Assembly (NCBI GenBank): GCA_022558485.1
Contig: CP066222.1
Span: forward strand, 89,930-153,929
DNA: 64,000 bases
Source of the DNA: a gamma proteobacterium endosymbiont of Trioza apicalis
GTDB taxonomy: Bacteria; Pseudomonadota; Gammaproteobacteria; Enterobacterales; G022558485
Direction: 5' to 3'
The notes under the pieces were generated by a model. That model searched no databases. It saw only the letters and a list, made by a program, of their open reading frames with translations, and was not told the origin of the DNA. Of the stretch, positions 1-9,942 are shown in pieces. The position numbers and the translations under genes are program-made. Each line of letters starts with the position of its first letter. Within the stretch, counting starts at the first letter, position 1.

Positions 1-26
1 AACATAAATTATATATTATAAGATAT

Positions 27-419
27 TTATCTTTTAGAAAACTGTGGGCAGCATCTTGATTTACGTAATCCAACTTTTTTTCTCTCAACTTTTCTTGAAT
101 CACGTGTAATAAAACCTGATTTTTTCAAAATATCTCTAAATTTTAAATTAAATTTTATTAAAGCTCTTGTTATACCATGACGAACAGCACCAACTTGACT
201 TGAAATACCTCCACCTTTCACAGTAATGTATAAATCTATTTTGTTAATCATATCTACTTTTTCTATTGGTTTACAAATAATATTTCTTGAAGTTTTTTTA
301 TAAAAATATTTTTTAAAATTATTTTTATTTACAATTATGTTTCCTGTCCCTTTTTTCATAAAAACACGAGCAGATGAATTTTTTCTTCTACCTGTGCCAT
401 AATATTGATTATTTATCAT
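27..419 (-). CDS. rpsI: 30S ribosomal protein S9
   Basis: 130-aa ORF colinear with E. coli S9 ([22 protein letters not shown]-terminal PQFSKR). It lies directly downstream of rplM, as in the rplM-rpsI operon. Confidence 0.97.
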   Translation of the reverse strand: MINNQYYGTGRRKNSSARVFMKKGTGNIIVNKNNFKKYFYKKTSRNIICKPIEKVDMINKIDLYITVKGGGISSQVGAVRHGITRALIKFNLKFRDILKKSGFITRDSRKVERKKVGLRKSRCCPQFSKR

Positions 420-441
420 ATTTTTTTTTATTTTTAATAAA

Positions 442-870
442 TTAAATTTTTAAAATTTTAGGTTTTTGTGATTCATGTTTATGTGTTTTATTTACATAGA
501 TTTTTAATTTATTTAACATTTTATATCCTAATGGTCCTTTAGGTAACATACCTTTTACTGCTTTTTTTAATATATTTTCAGGTTTATATTTTAACATATT
601 TTTAAAATATATTTTTTTAATGCCTCCTGGATAACCAGTGTGATGATAATAAATTTTCTTATTTTTTTTTTTTCCAGTTAGTATAATTTTATTAACATTT
701 AAAACAATAATATAATCTCCCATATTTATATTTGGTGTGTATTGTGTTTTATTTTTTCCTCTTAAACATTGTGCTAATTTTGTTGCTAGGCGACCTAAAA
801 TTTTATTTTTTGCATCAATTATATACCAATTATTTTTAATTTCATTAATTTTTAACATATAAGTTTTCAT
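442..870 (-). CDS. rplM: 50S ribosomal protein L13
   Basis: 142-aa ORF colinear with E. coli L13 ([34 protein letters not shown]). Confidence 0.97.
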   Translation of the reverse strand: MKTYMLKINEIKNNWYIIDAKNKILGRLATKLAQCLRGKNKTQYTPNINMGDYIIVLNVNKIILTGKKKNKKIYYHHTGYPGGIKKIYFKNMLKYKPENILKKAVKGMLPKGPLGYKMLNKLKIYVNKTHKHESQKPKILKI

Positions 871-921
871 TGAAATTTACTCAGTTTAAATTATATAATT
901 AATTTCTTAAATTTATTTAAT

Positions 922-971
922 AAAAAAAAATTACTACAAAGTCTTTTTTTTTTATATATTTCAGACTTTGT
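922..971 (-). terminator. Putative rho-independent terminator downstream of cspE
   Basis: Perfect 9-bp inverted repeat ACAAAGTCT / AGACTTTGT (936-944 and 963-971) with an 18-nt loop, about 60 nt past the cspE stop. On the minus strand a T9 run (922-930) follows 5 nt after the stem. The large loop makes it atypical. Confidence 0.35.
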
Positions 972-1030
972 TTAGCTTAATTACTTCTTTTAATATTTTT
1001 TATATTTAGTAATGGATAGCAATATAATAA

Positions 1031-1240
1031 TTATATTGTAGTTACATTAATCGCTGAGGGACCTTTTTGACCATCTTGAACTTCAAATTCAACATGTTGT
1101 CCTTCTGCAAGAGTTTTAAAACCGTTACCTTGAATTGCAGAAAAATGAACAAAAACATCTTTACTACCATCAGCAGGAGTAATAAAACCAAAACCTTTGG
1201 ATTCATTAAACCACTTTACTTGACCTTTATTTTTTACCAT
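1031..1240 (-). CDS. cspE: Cold-shock protein, CspE/CspC type
   Basis: 69-aa ORF nearly identical in pattern to E. coli CspE ([45 protein letters not shown]). It is visibly more GC-rich than its surroundings. Confidence 0.93.
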   Translation of the reverse strand: MVKNKGQVKWFNESKGFGFITPADGSKDVFVHFSAIQGNGFKTLAEGQHVEFEVQDGQKGPSAINVTTI

Positions 1241-1467
1241 TTTAGAGAATCCTTTAAATATAACTTTAATAATAAATTAAATATTTTTTATTTTTTTTTA
1301 TTTTTATAAATTAGTTTAATTTATAATTTTTAAAATATTAATTAATCAGTAAATAATATATATTATAAGATAATAATACATTTATGTCTAATTTAAATTT
1401 TTTTTTTATAAATTTTAAATTTAAATAATATTAAAATATGTTATTATTTTAAATAAAATATTTTTTT

Positions 1468-1926
1468 TTAAAATTTAATTTTATTTATAATATTTATAAA
1501 CATATCTATTTTAATTTTATTTTGTATATAAATTTTAATTTTATGTATACCTATTTTACGTAAAATACCATTTGGTAAATGAATTTCTTTTTTACTTATA
1601 TTAATATTATTTTCTTTTATTTTATTAAAAATATCACGTATTCCAATTGAACCAAATAATTTTCCTTTATGGTTACTTTGAGCTTCTATATTAATTTTAT
1701 TTAAATTTTTTATTTTTTTAACTCGTGTTTTAACTAATTTTTGCATATTTTTAAATTTTATATAAATTATATTTTTTTTAATTTTAAAATATTTAATATT
1801 TTCTTTAGTAGCAACTATCGCTTCACCTTTTGGTATTAAAAAATTTTGAGCATATCCAGGTTTTATATTAATTAATTCACCTAATTTACCTAATTTGTAA
1901 TTGTTTTTTAATAAAATTATTTTCAT
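1468..1926 (-). CDS. rplI: 50S ribosomal protein L9
   Basis: 152-aa ORF with the L9 N-terminus (MKIILLKN..LGKLGELINIKPGYAQNFLIPKGEA). It lies downstream of rpsR, as in the rpsF-priB-rpsR-rplI operon. Confidence 0.95.
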   Translation of the reverse strand: MKIILLKNNYKLGKLGELINIKPGYAQNFLIPKGEAIVATKENIKYFKIKKNIIYIKFKNMQKLVKTRVKKIKNLNKINIEAQSNHKGKLFGSIGIRDIFNKIKENNINISKKEIHLPNGILRKIGIHKIKIYIQNKIKIDMFINIINKIKF

Positions 1927-1963
1927 TTTATTTTCTTAAATTGTTATTATAAATAATAAATTT

Positions 1964-2191
1964 TTATTTATGGTAATCAGTATATGGTAATAAAGAAATG
2001 TATCTTGCGCGTTTTATTGCTTTATTTAATTGTCTTTGATATTTTGCTTTAGTACCAGTAATTCTACTCGGTATAATTTTACCACTTTCAGATATATAAT
2101 TCTTAAGTATAGATATATCTTTATAATCTATTTTCTTAATACCTTCTATTGTAAATCGACAAAATTTACGTCTTCTAAAATAATGATTCAT
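1964..2191 (-). CDS. rpsR: 30S ribosomal protein S18
   Basis: 75-aa ORF colinear with E. coli S18 ([13 protein letters not shown]...[44 protein letters not shown]). Confidence 0.97.
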   Translation of the reverse strand: MNHYFRRRKFCRFTIEGIKKIDYKDISILKNYISESGKIIPSRITGTKAKYQRQLNKAIKRARYISLLPYTDYHK

Positions 2192-2267
2192 TATTTTTTT
2201 TTCCTTTAAAATTTATTAAATTAATTAATTTTAAAAAAAAAATATTTTATATTATAATTTTATTATT

Positions 2268-2600
2268 TTAATTTTTATTATCTTTAATTAAAAGTATAGA
2301 AGATGTGTTAGTTATTTTTTGTTTAACTTTAATTATTAAATTACGAACAATAGCATTATTAATTTTAAATGAATTTATTAATTTATTTATTAATTTTTTT
2401 GTTACTTCAATATTTAATAAAATATAATATGCTTTGTTTAAGTTTTTTATAGGATATGATAATTGTCTTTTCCCCCAATTTTCTAAACGATGTATTTTAC
2501 CTTGTTGATTATTAATTAGTTTTTTATAATAATTAATTATATCAATAATTTTTACATCAGGGTTTGAATTAATTAAAATAATTATTTCATAATGAAACAT
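2268..2600 (-). CDS. rpsF: 30S ribosomal protein S6
   Basis: 110-aa ORF matching E. coli S6 (M.HYEI, GKIHRLE.WG.RQL.YPI.KL.KA.Y.L.N.E). Confidence 0.93.
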   Translation of the reverse strand: MFHYEIIILINSNPDVKIIDIINYYKKLINNQQGKIHRLENWGKRQLSYPIKNLNKAYYILLNIEVTKKLINKLINSFKINNAIVRNLIIKVKQKITNTSSILLIKDNKN

Positions 2601-2877
2601 ATAATTATACCTTTTTATAAATTTTTATATTTTAATATATATATTAAAATATAATTTACATTATATCAATATAATATTATGATTACAAGTAATATATATT
2701 TAATTTTTTTTTATGTTTAAATTTTAATTGATTTAAATATATTTTATTTATTTATTTTTTTTATCTAAGTGAATTATTTCTTGAATTTTATTATTAAATA
2801 ATATATAGTAAAAATATTATTTAAATAAAGAAATTTCTGTTTTTATATAAATATATTTTTTGAAAATGGAGTTTTCT

Positions 2878-3189
2878 ATGTATTCAATTTTACAACATGG
2901 TGGTAAACAATATAAAGTAAATAAAGGTCAAATTGTTTGTTTAGAAAAAATAAATATTAAAGTTGGTAATGTAATATTATTTAATAATATTATTATGTTC
3001 TCTAATAGCTCTAAGTTTTTAATTGGAACCCCATTTATTAATAGTATTAAAATACTAGGTAAAATTATTTCTCATTTTCGTGGTGATAAATTAATAATTT
3101 TAAAATTTCGTCGTCGTAAACATTTTCAAAAATATCAAGGACATCGTCAATATTTTACTAATGTTAAAATTTTAGATATTAAAAATTAA
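2878..3189 (+). CDS. rplU: 50S ribosomal protein L21
   Basis: From the ATG at 2878 the protein ([14 protein letters not shown]...) is 103 aa, colinear with E. coli L21 (MYAVFQSGGKQHRV..KFRRRKH..QGHRQ). A GGAG lies 7 nt upstream. The track's TTG start at 2860 adds 6 unsupported residues. Confidence 0.93.
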   Translation: MYSILQHGGKQYKVNKGQIVCLEKINIKVGNVILFNNIIMFSNSSKFLIGTPFINSIKILGKIISHFRGDKLIILKFRRRKHFQKYQGHRQYFTNVKILDIKN

Positions 3190-3202
3190 AGAGTATATAA
3201 TT

Positions 3203-3457
3203 ATGGCACATAAAAAAGCTGGTGGTTCTACACGTAATGGTAGAGATTCAAAAGGTAGGCGTTTAGGTATTAAATTTTTTGGTGGTGAAATTATTAAAGC
3301 TGGAAGTATTATTGTACGTCAGCGTGGTACTAAATTTCATCCTGGTAATTTAGTAGGATGTGGAAAAGATCATACATTATTTGCATTAAAAACAGGTAGA
3401 GTTAAGTTTTTTAAAAAAGGTTTTAAAAAACGTCAATATATTAATATATTAATATAA
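3203..3457 (+). CDS. rpmA: 50S ribosomal protein L27
   Basis: 84-aa ORF ([16 protein letters not shown]...[23 protein letters not shown]), directly downstream of rplU. Confidence 0.97.
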   Translation: MAHKKAGGSTRNGRDSKGRRLGIKFFGGEIIKAGSIIVRQRGTKFHPGNLVGCGKDHTLFALKTGRVKFFKKGFKKRQYINILI

Positions 3458-3553
3458 ATATTATTTTTTTATATAAAATATTTATAAAAAATAATATTAA
3501 ATTTTAATTATTAATTAAAAATAAATATTTAAAATTTTTATGAATATATTTTT

Positions 3554-4006
3554 TTAAAATAATGGTAAATAATCAATAAATAATCTTCCTAATAAATGAT
3601 CAATTTCATGCTGAATACAAACAGCTAGTAAATTTTTAGCTTTAAATATGTAAATTTTGTTATTAATATTTATAGCTTTTACTATAATTTTTTTTGCTCT
3701 TTTTATATAAGCATAATATTTAGGTATAGAAAGACAACCTTCATTTATACTATAATCTCCGTATTTATTTATAATTATAGGATTTATTAAAACTATATTT
3801 TTATTTTTATTTTTAGATATGTCTATAACTATTATTTGTTTATTTATATTAATTTGTGTTGCAGCTAAACCAATTCCCTTTTTTTTATACATTGTTTTAA
3901 ACATATTTTTAATATTTTGTTTTATAACATAATTAATTTTTTTTACAGGTTTTGCAATTTTTCTTAATTTTTTATCAGGATAAATTAATAATTTTAATAT
4001 TGACAT
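3554..4006 (-). CDS. def: Peptide deformylase
   Basis: 150-aa ORF with all three PDF motifs: GIGLAATQ, EGCLSIP and HEIDHL. Confidence 0.93.
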   Translation of the reverse strand: MSILKLLIYPDKKLRKIAKPVKKINYVIKQNIKNMFKTMYKKKGIGLAATQININKQIIVIDISKNKNKNIVLINPIIINKYGDYSINEGCLSIPKYYAYIKRAKKIIVKAININNKIYIFKAKNLLAVCIQHEIDHLLGRLFIDYLPLF

Positions 4007-4081
4007 GATAATCTTAATAATAGTTATATTAATAATTTTTAAAAATTTTAAAATTTTTTAATAATTTTATTTAATTTTAAT

Positions 4082-5482
4082 TTAAAAATTAGCACTACCA
4101 GTTGTTCTAGGAAAAGGTATTATATCTCTAATATTTTTTACTCCTGTAATATAAAGAATTAATCTTTCAAAACCCAAACCAAAACCTGAATGAGGAACTG
4201 TTCCATAATTTCTTAAATCTCTATACCACCAATAGGGTTTTTTATTTAAACCTGTTTCTTTAAAGCGTTTATCTAATTTTATTAATCTTTCTTCTCGTTG
4301 AGATCCTCCGATGATTTCCCCTATATTAGGTACTAATATATCCATTGAAGCTACAGTTTTATTATCTTTATTTATACGCATATAAAAAGGTTTAATATCT
4401 TTGGGATAATTTTTTATAATTACAGGTTTTTTAAATTCTATTTCTGTTAAATAATGTTCATGTTCTGAAAATAAATCATTACCCCATAATATTTTATTTT
4501 TAAAGTTTTTTTTACATTTTTTTAAAATATTAATAGCTTCTGTATAATCTATTTGAACAAAATTTGAATCAATAATATTTTTAAGTCTTTTTATAGCCAT
4601 GTTATCTATATATTTATTAAAAAATAACATATCATCATATCTTTTTTCTAATATTTTTTTAAAAATATATTTTAGTAATATTTCAGCTAAATTAATAATA
4701 TCTTGTAATTTGGCAAATGCTATTTCTGGTTCAACCATCCAAAACTCAGCAAGATGTTTACTTGTATTTGATTTTTCTGCTCTAAATGTTGGTCCAAATG
4801 TATAAACTTTTGATAAAGCGCAAGCATAACTTTCACAGTTTAATTGACCAGATACTGTTAAAAATGTTTCTTTCTTAAAAAAATCTTTACTAAAATTTAT
4901 TTTTCCATTTGGAGTATAAGGTATATTATTAAAATCTAATGTTGATACTTTAAACATTTTTCCGGAACCTTCAGTATCATATGTTGTAATTAATGGTGTT
5001 GAAATCCAAAAAAACCCATTTTTATTCATAAATTTATGAATAGCATATGCTGATGTATGTCTTATTCTAGTTATTGCAGAAATTAAATTTGTACGTGGTC
5101 TTAAATGCGCGAATTCACGTAAATATTCAACACTATGTTTTTTTTGTGAAATAGGATAAGTATCTGGGTTTTTAACCCAACCTATAATATTTATTTTTTT
5201 AACTTTAATTTCATAATATTGACCTGGTCCTAATGATTTAATAATTATACCTTTTATTTTAACTGAACAACCACTTGTTAGTTTTAATATATCTCTTTTA
5301 TAATTAGGTATATTATTCTTAACAACAGCTTGTAAGTTATTAAAACAAGATCCATCTTGTAAAATAAGAAATGATAGTCCATTTTTCGAATCTCTTCTTG
5401 TTCGTACCCAACTTTTTATAATTACTTTATTATTAATTGGTATTTTACCTTTTATTATATCATTTATTGATACTATATTCAT
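4082..5482 (-). CDS. asnS: Asparagine--tRNA ligase
   Basis: 466-aa ORF, the same length as E. coli AsnRS. It has class IIb features (GWVRTRR OB-fold N-terminus, [32 protein letters not shown]). Confidence 0.96.
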   Translation of the reverse strand: MNIVSINDIIKGKIPINNKVIIKSWVRTRRDSKNGLSFLILQDGSCFNNLQAVVKNNIPNYKRDILKLTSGCSVKIKGIIIKSLGPGQYYEIKVKKINIIGWVKNPDTYPISQKKHSVEYLREFAHLRPRTNLISAITRIRHTSAYAIHKFMNKNGFFWISTPLITTYDTEGSGKMFKVSTLDFNNIPYTPNGKINFSKDFFKKETFLTVSGQLNCESYACALSKVYTFGPTFRAEKSNTSKHLAEFWMVEPEIAFAKLQDIINLAEILLKYIFKKILEKRYDDMLFFNKYIDNMAIKRLKNIIDSNFVQIDYTEAINILKKCKKNFKNKILWGNDLFSEHEHYLTEIEFKKPVIIKNYPKDIKPFYMRINKDNKTVASMDILVPNIGEIIGGSQREERLIKLDKRFKETGLNKKPYWWYRDLRNYGTVPHSGFGLGFERLILYITGVKNIRDIIPFPRTTGSANF

Positions 5483-5526
5483 ATAATTCTCTTTTATTTT
5501 ATTAATATTGTATAACTTAATATAAA

Positions 5527-6621
5527 TTATATATTTTTTTTTATTATTTCTGATAAATTATTTATTTGATTACTTTTGTGTTCTTTAATTATATGTTTAA
5601 TTATTATATCTAATTTTCCTTTCATAACTTCTTCTAATTTATATATTGATAAATTAATTCGATGATCAGTTATACGTCCTTGGGGAAAATTATATGTACG
5701 TATACGATCAGATCTCTCTCCACTACCTAACAAATTTTTTTTAATATTTGATTCTTTTTCTTTTTTTTTTTTTAATTCAAACAAATATAATCTTTTTTTT
5801 AAAACTGATAATGCTTTTTTTTTATTTTTATGTTGTGATCTTTCATCTTGACATTCTACTATAATACCAGTAGGTAAATGTGTTACTCTAATAGCTGAAT
5901 CTGTAGTATTTACATGTTGACCACCTGATCCAGAGGAGCGAAAAGTATCAATACGTAAATCTTTTTTATTTATTTCTTTTAATTTAATACTTGGAGCCTC
6001 TGGTATAACTGCTACTGTACAAGTGGATGTATGTATTCTTCCTTGATTTTCTGTTTTTGGAATTCTTTGTACTCTATGACCGCCTGATTCAAATTTAAGT
6101 TTTCCATAAGCTCCTTTATGACAAAATTTAACCATTATTTCTTTATATCCACCTTTTTCATTATTTATAATATTTATTATTTTTATTTTCCAATTTTTTA
6201 TTTCTGCAAAATTATAATACATATTAAATAAATTACTAACAAATAATGATGCTTCATTACCACCAGTTCCAGCTTTTATTTCTAAAAAACAATTATTTTT
6301 ATCTTCAGGTATATTTGGTAATAATAATAATTTAATTTTAATATTTAATTTTTTTTTTTTTTTATATAATATTTTTAATTCTTCTTTTGCTATGTTGTGC
6401 ATTTCTTTATCTTTTAATAATTCTTTTGTTATTTTTATAGTTTGTTTTATACATAACCAATTTTTAAAATAATTATTAATTTTATTTAATTTTGTATAAT
6501 TTTTAAATAATTTATGATAATTTTTATTATTGAAATTTAAATTAGGTTCGTTAATTATATTTTTAATTTTTATATATTTTTTTTGTAATTCTAATAATTT
6601 ATTATATATTATAGATTCCAC
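5527..6621 (-). CDS. prfA: Peptide chain release factor 1
   Basis: 364-aa ORF with the GGQ motif ([16 protein letters not shown]) and an RF1-type PxT tripeptide ([14 protein letters not shown]). It has a GTG start at 6621. Confidence 0.95.
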   Translation of the reverse strand: MESIIYNKLLELQKKYIKIKNIINEPNLNFNNKNYHKLFKNYTKLNKINNYFKNWLCIKQTIKITKELLKDKEMHNIAKEELKILYKKKKKLNIKIKLLLLPNIPEDKNNCFLEIKAGTGGNEASLFVSNLFNMYYNFAEIKNWKIKIINIINNEKGGYKEIMVKFCHKGAYGKLKFESGGHRVQRIPKTENQGRIHTSTCTVAVIPEAPSIKLKEINKKDLRIDTFRSSGSGGQHVNTTDSAIRVTHLPTGIIVECQDERSQHKNKKKALSVLKKRLYLFELKKKKEKESNIKKNLLGSGERSDRIRTYNFPQGRITDHRINLSIYKLEEVMKGKLDIIIKHIIKEHKSNQINNLSEIIKKNI

Positions 6622-7535
6622 ATGATTACCTTATTATTAATTATAATAAAATTATTTTAAATTATTTAAATTTAATCTATTAACTTAGATATAATCATTA
6701 TATTTAATTTCATTAATTTATTAGATAAATTATTTTTATAATTATCTCTTATTTTAGCAAAATAAATACGCCACCTCTTATATTAATATTTATCTTTTTT
6801 GTTATATATTTTATTATTTTTTTTTTTTTGTTATATTGTTAGTAACATTAACTATTATATTTATTTTTTTTATTATAAAAATTAATGCAATAATTGCATT
6901 ATTTAATTTATTTTTTTTAAATTATTTATTATTAATCTTAATATTTTAATTTTTATATTTTTTTAAATAATTATTATAATAACTCCATTTATTATTTGTT
7001 TTTTTTTAAATAAATACAATATTTTTTTTTGTATAGTATATTGATATTGTAAGTTTAAAAATTGGTTTTTTATATATTTTTTTTATAAATTCTATTTTAT
7101 TTATTAAATTTTAATTTTTAGATTTAATTAATTTATTAATATTATTTAATAATATATTTTGTTTTTATATTAAATTTGTAAATTTATTTTTAGTTATTAA
7201 TATAATCCTATAAATATTAGAATATATTTTATATTTAAATAAAATATGTAATAAATAAATATCACCGGTTCTTTAGGCATGAGTACAGATACAAATTTTA
7301 AAATAGAAATTTTAAATTTTTAATATTATAATTTTTTATTAAATTTCTTGTTAAATAAATTTAATTTTATTAAATTATTTATAATATTTTTAAATTTATA
7401 AATATTTTTTAATTTTATTATATTTTTATAAAAAAAATAGAAAATTAAATAATTTTCATTAATTTTAAATTTTTTTTGTTTAAAAAATTTACAAAATATT
7501 TTATATAAAGAAATTTAAATAAAGTGTTTATTGTA
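6622..7535 (-). pseudogene. alaS: Decayed 3' portion of alaS (editing and C-Ala domains)
   Basis: This 914-bp stretch has no ORF of 60 aa or more on either strand and lies directly downstream of the premature alaS stop. About 315 codons of AlaRS are missing, which fits the length. The minus strand from 7311 to 7201 reads NFYFKICICTHA*RTGDIYLLHILFKYKIYSNIYRII. That is gap-free colinear with the E. coli AlaRS segment [37 protein letters not shown], but it is out of frame with the ORF and contains stop codons. Confidence 0.7.
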
Positions 7536-9218
7536 TTATTTATACTTGGTTTTTTTATTTATAATAGAAATTATTTGCATATTAATTTTTAATTTACCAT
7601 TATTTATTATACCTATATGACATATAGTTTTATTATATTTTTTGGTTTTATTAACTTTAAATGTTGCTGATTTTGATTTAATTTCACCTTTATCACTAAT
7701 TTTACTATTAATTTCAGGAGAAAAAGGTGTTTTATCTAAAATTATTATTGCTTTATCTCCTTTATTAATAATTTTTTTTTTTTCTCCTTTTTTGTTAAAT
7801 AATGCAATTATATATCCTATATGTTTATAATTTTTATAACCTATAAATAAAGGTTTTTTATTTAAATAAAATGAAATATTTTGATTTATTTCTTTTTTTT
7901 TATATATATTAATTTTTTTATTTTTTATATTTAAAAATTTTTTTAAATTTTTAATATCAACATAAATATTTTTTTTTTTACATATTTTTAATGTTAATTT
8001 TAATGGTAAACCATAAGTATCATAAAGAATAAATATAGTTTTTATATCAAGTTTTTTATTATTTAATTTTTTTAATTTATAATTTAATATTGATATACCT
8101 CTTTTTATTGTATAATTAAATTGTTTTTCTTCTTTATATATTACTTGTTTTATAAATTTTTTTTTTAAATTAATTTTATTTTCATCATTATTCATTATAT
8201 TTATTAATGGAGATACTAATTTATAAAAGAAATTGTTTTTAATACCTAAAATATTACCGTATTGAATAGCTCTTCTTATAATTTTTCTTAATACAAAACC
8301 CCGTCCATTATTTGATGGTATAATATCTTCATTAATTAAAAAAGAAGATGCACGAATATGATCAGCTATAACACGTAATGATTTATTATTAATATTATTA
8401 GTTTTTATTATTTCTGCTATCTTAATTATAAGATTTTTAAATATATCAATATCATAATTTGAAGTTACTTTTTGTAAAACAGTAGTTATTCTTTCTAAAC
8501 CCATTCCAGTATCAACTGATGGATTTGGTAATGGTAATAATTTACCATCAATTTGACGATTAAATTGCATAAAAACTAAGTTCCATATTTCAATATATCT
8601 ATTACCGTTATGTTTTATATCTCCAGGTAATGAATCTAAAATATGATCACCATAATCATAAAAAATTTCTGAAGATGGTCCACATGGTCCAGTATTTCCC
8701 ATTTGCCAAAAATTATCTGATGAATTAATATTGTTGTTTTTATCTCCTATACGAATAATTTTTTTTTTAGGTATACCAATTTTATTAGCCCATATATCAT
8801 ATGTTACACTATCTTTATAATATACTGTTACCCATAATTTTTCTGTTGGTATATTAAACCAATTTCTACTAGTGAGTAATTCCCATGCAAATTTTATTGC
8901 ATCATATTTGAAGTAATCACCAAAACTAAAATTTCCTAACATTTCAAAAAAAGTATGATGTCTTGTGGTATAACCAATATTTTTAAAATCATTATGTTTC
9001 CCTCCAGCTCTTATACAATATTGTGACGTTGCAACTCTTTTATATGAATATTTATTGATACCTAAAAATATATTTTTAAATTGATTCATGCCTGAATTTG
9101 TAAATAATAAAGTTTGATCATTTTTAGGTATAAGTGAGCTACCTTTTATTATTTTATGTCCTTTATTATAAAAAAAAGTTAAAAATTTATTTTTAATTTC
9201 ATTAATACTAATTTTCAT
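7536..9218 (-). CDS. alaS: Alanine--tRNA ligase, C-terminally truncated (aminoacylation and tRNA-recognition part only)
   Basis: 560-aa ORF colinear with the E. coli AlaRS N-terminal region (LLFTNSGMNQFK, RAGGKHND, HHTFFEMLGNFSFGDYFK, WNLVFMQFNR, VDTGMGLERI, LRVIADHIR, then the beta-barrel segment DKTPF..SDKGEI..HIG). It ends at a TAA a few codons before where the editing-site HxxxH motif would lie. Confidence 0.9.
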   Translation of the reverse strand: MKISINEIKNKFLTFFYNKGHKIIKGSSLIPKNDQTLLFTNSGMNQFKNIFLGINKYSYKRVATSQYCIRAGGKHNDFKNIGYTTRHHTFFEMLGNFSFGDYFKYDAIKFAWELLTSRNWFNIPTEKLWVTVYYKDSVTYDIWANKIGIPKKKIIRIGDKNNNINSSDNFWQMGNTGPCGPSSEIFYDYGDHILDSLPGDIKHNGNRYIEIWNLVFMQFNRQIDGKLLPLPNPSVDTGMGLERITTVLQKVTSNYDIDIFKNLIIKIAEIIKTNNINNKSLRVIADHIRASSFLINEDIIPSNNGRGFVLRKIIRRAIQYGNILGIKNNFFYKLVSPLINIMNNDENKINLKKKFIKQVIYKEEKQFNYTIKRGISILNYKLKKLNNKKLDIKTIFILYDTYGLPLKLTLKICKKKNIYVDIKNLKKFLNIKNKKINIYKKKEINQNISFYLNKKPLFIGYKNYKHIGYIIALFNKKGEKKKIINKGDKAIIILDKTPFSPEINSKISDKGEIKSKSATFKVNKTKKYNKTICHIGIINNGKLKINMQIISIINKKTKYK

Positions 9219-9390
9219 AAATATCCTTTTACAATAATTTTAATATATATATTTTTTTTATTATAAATATATATTATTATTTTTAATAAAAATCTAAATA
9301 TTAATTATATAATATTTAGAGTTCTATTTATTTATAAATAATTTATATATGTATTATTATAATTTGATTAATAATTTTATTATTAATATT

Positions 9391-9861
9391 TTATTTTTTT
9401 AATATTTTTAATAAATTAATCATTTCTAATGCAGCAAGTGCTGCTTCTGATCCTTTATTCCCTAATTTTGTTCCAGCTCTTTCAATAGCTTGTTCTATAT
9501 TTTTAGTAATTAATATACCTAATGTTATTGGAATTAATGTTTCTATTGAAATTAAAGATAAACCATAACTACATTCTTTTGCTACAAATTTAAAATGAGA
9601 ACTATTACCTTTAATTATAGTTGCTAAAGTTATAATAGCATTATATTTTTTACTTATAGCTAATTTTTTTGCTATTAAAGGTATTTCATAAGCTCCTGGG
9701 ACCCAAATAATTGTAATGTTTTCATCTTTTATTTTACCAATGCGTTTTAATGTATTAATACTTCCATTAAGTAAATTATTATTAATAAAATTGTTAAAAC
9801 GAGATATAATAATAACAATATTAGAATCTGATGTATCTAATGATACTTCAATATTTTTCAT
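9391..9861 (-). CDS. ribH: 6,7-dimethyl-8-ribityllumazine synthase
   Basis: 156-aa ORF with lumazine synthase features (IVISRFN, WVPGAYEIPL, G.TSHF..V, NKG.EAALAALEM). It lies downstream of ribD, as in the E. coli ribD-ribE(ribH) arrangement. Confidence 0.93.
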   Translation of the reverse strand: MKNIEVSLDTSDSNIVIIISRFNNFINNNLLNGSINTLKRIGKIKDENITIIWVPGAYEIPLIAKKLAISKKYNAIITLATIIKGNSSHFKFVAKECSYGLSLISIETLIPITLGILITKNIEQAIERAGTKLGNKGSEAALAALEMINLLKILKK

Positions 9862-9942
9862 TAAAATCCTGAATATTATTTATTATTATTTAATTATTTT
9901 ATTTAAAATTTTATCATATTATTTAATTTAATTTATATATTA

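Noticed and set aside
1067-1309. 80-aa plus-strand ORF overlapping cspE
   Set aside because: It is entirely antisense to the highly conserved cspE and its upstream region. Its composition is low-complexity (F, I, L, K, N), which is typical of random frames in A/T-rich DNA, and it resembles no protein family.
3458-3553. A/T-only inverted repeats in convergent spacers (for example between rpmA and def), considered as terminators
   Set aside because: In spacers that are almost pure A/T, such palindromes arise by chance and would form very weak stems. Only the cspE-proximal hairpin, whose stem contains G and C, was kept, and at low confidence.
6052-6060. The RF1 recognition tripeptide is P-K-T rather than the E. 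coli P-A-T
   Set aside because: It is still within the PxT consensus, in which the middle residue varies. As I recall, PKT occurs in functional RF1-type factors. There is no evidence of altered stop-codon specificity.
7261-7300. A GC-containing island in the long spacer, first considered as a small RNA, a tRNA fragment or a csrA remnant (one frame reads ..LMPKEPV, reminiscent of CsrA NAPKEV)
   Set aside because: A different minus-strand frame gives a much longer gap-free match, about 37 residues, to the AlaRS editing-domain zinc segment. The position also fits the missing alaS tail. No cloverleaf or stable hairpin is evident.
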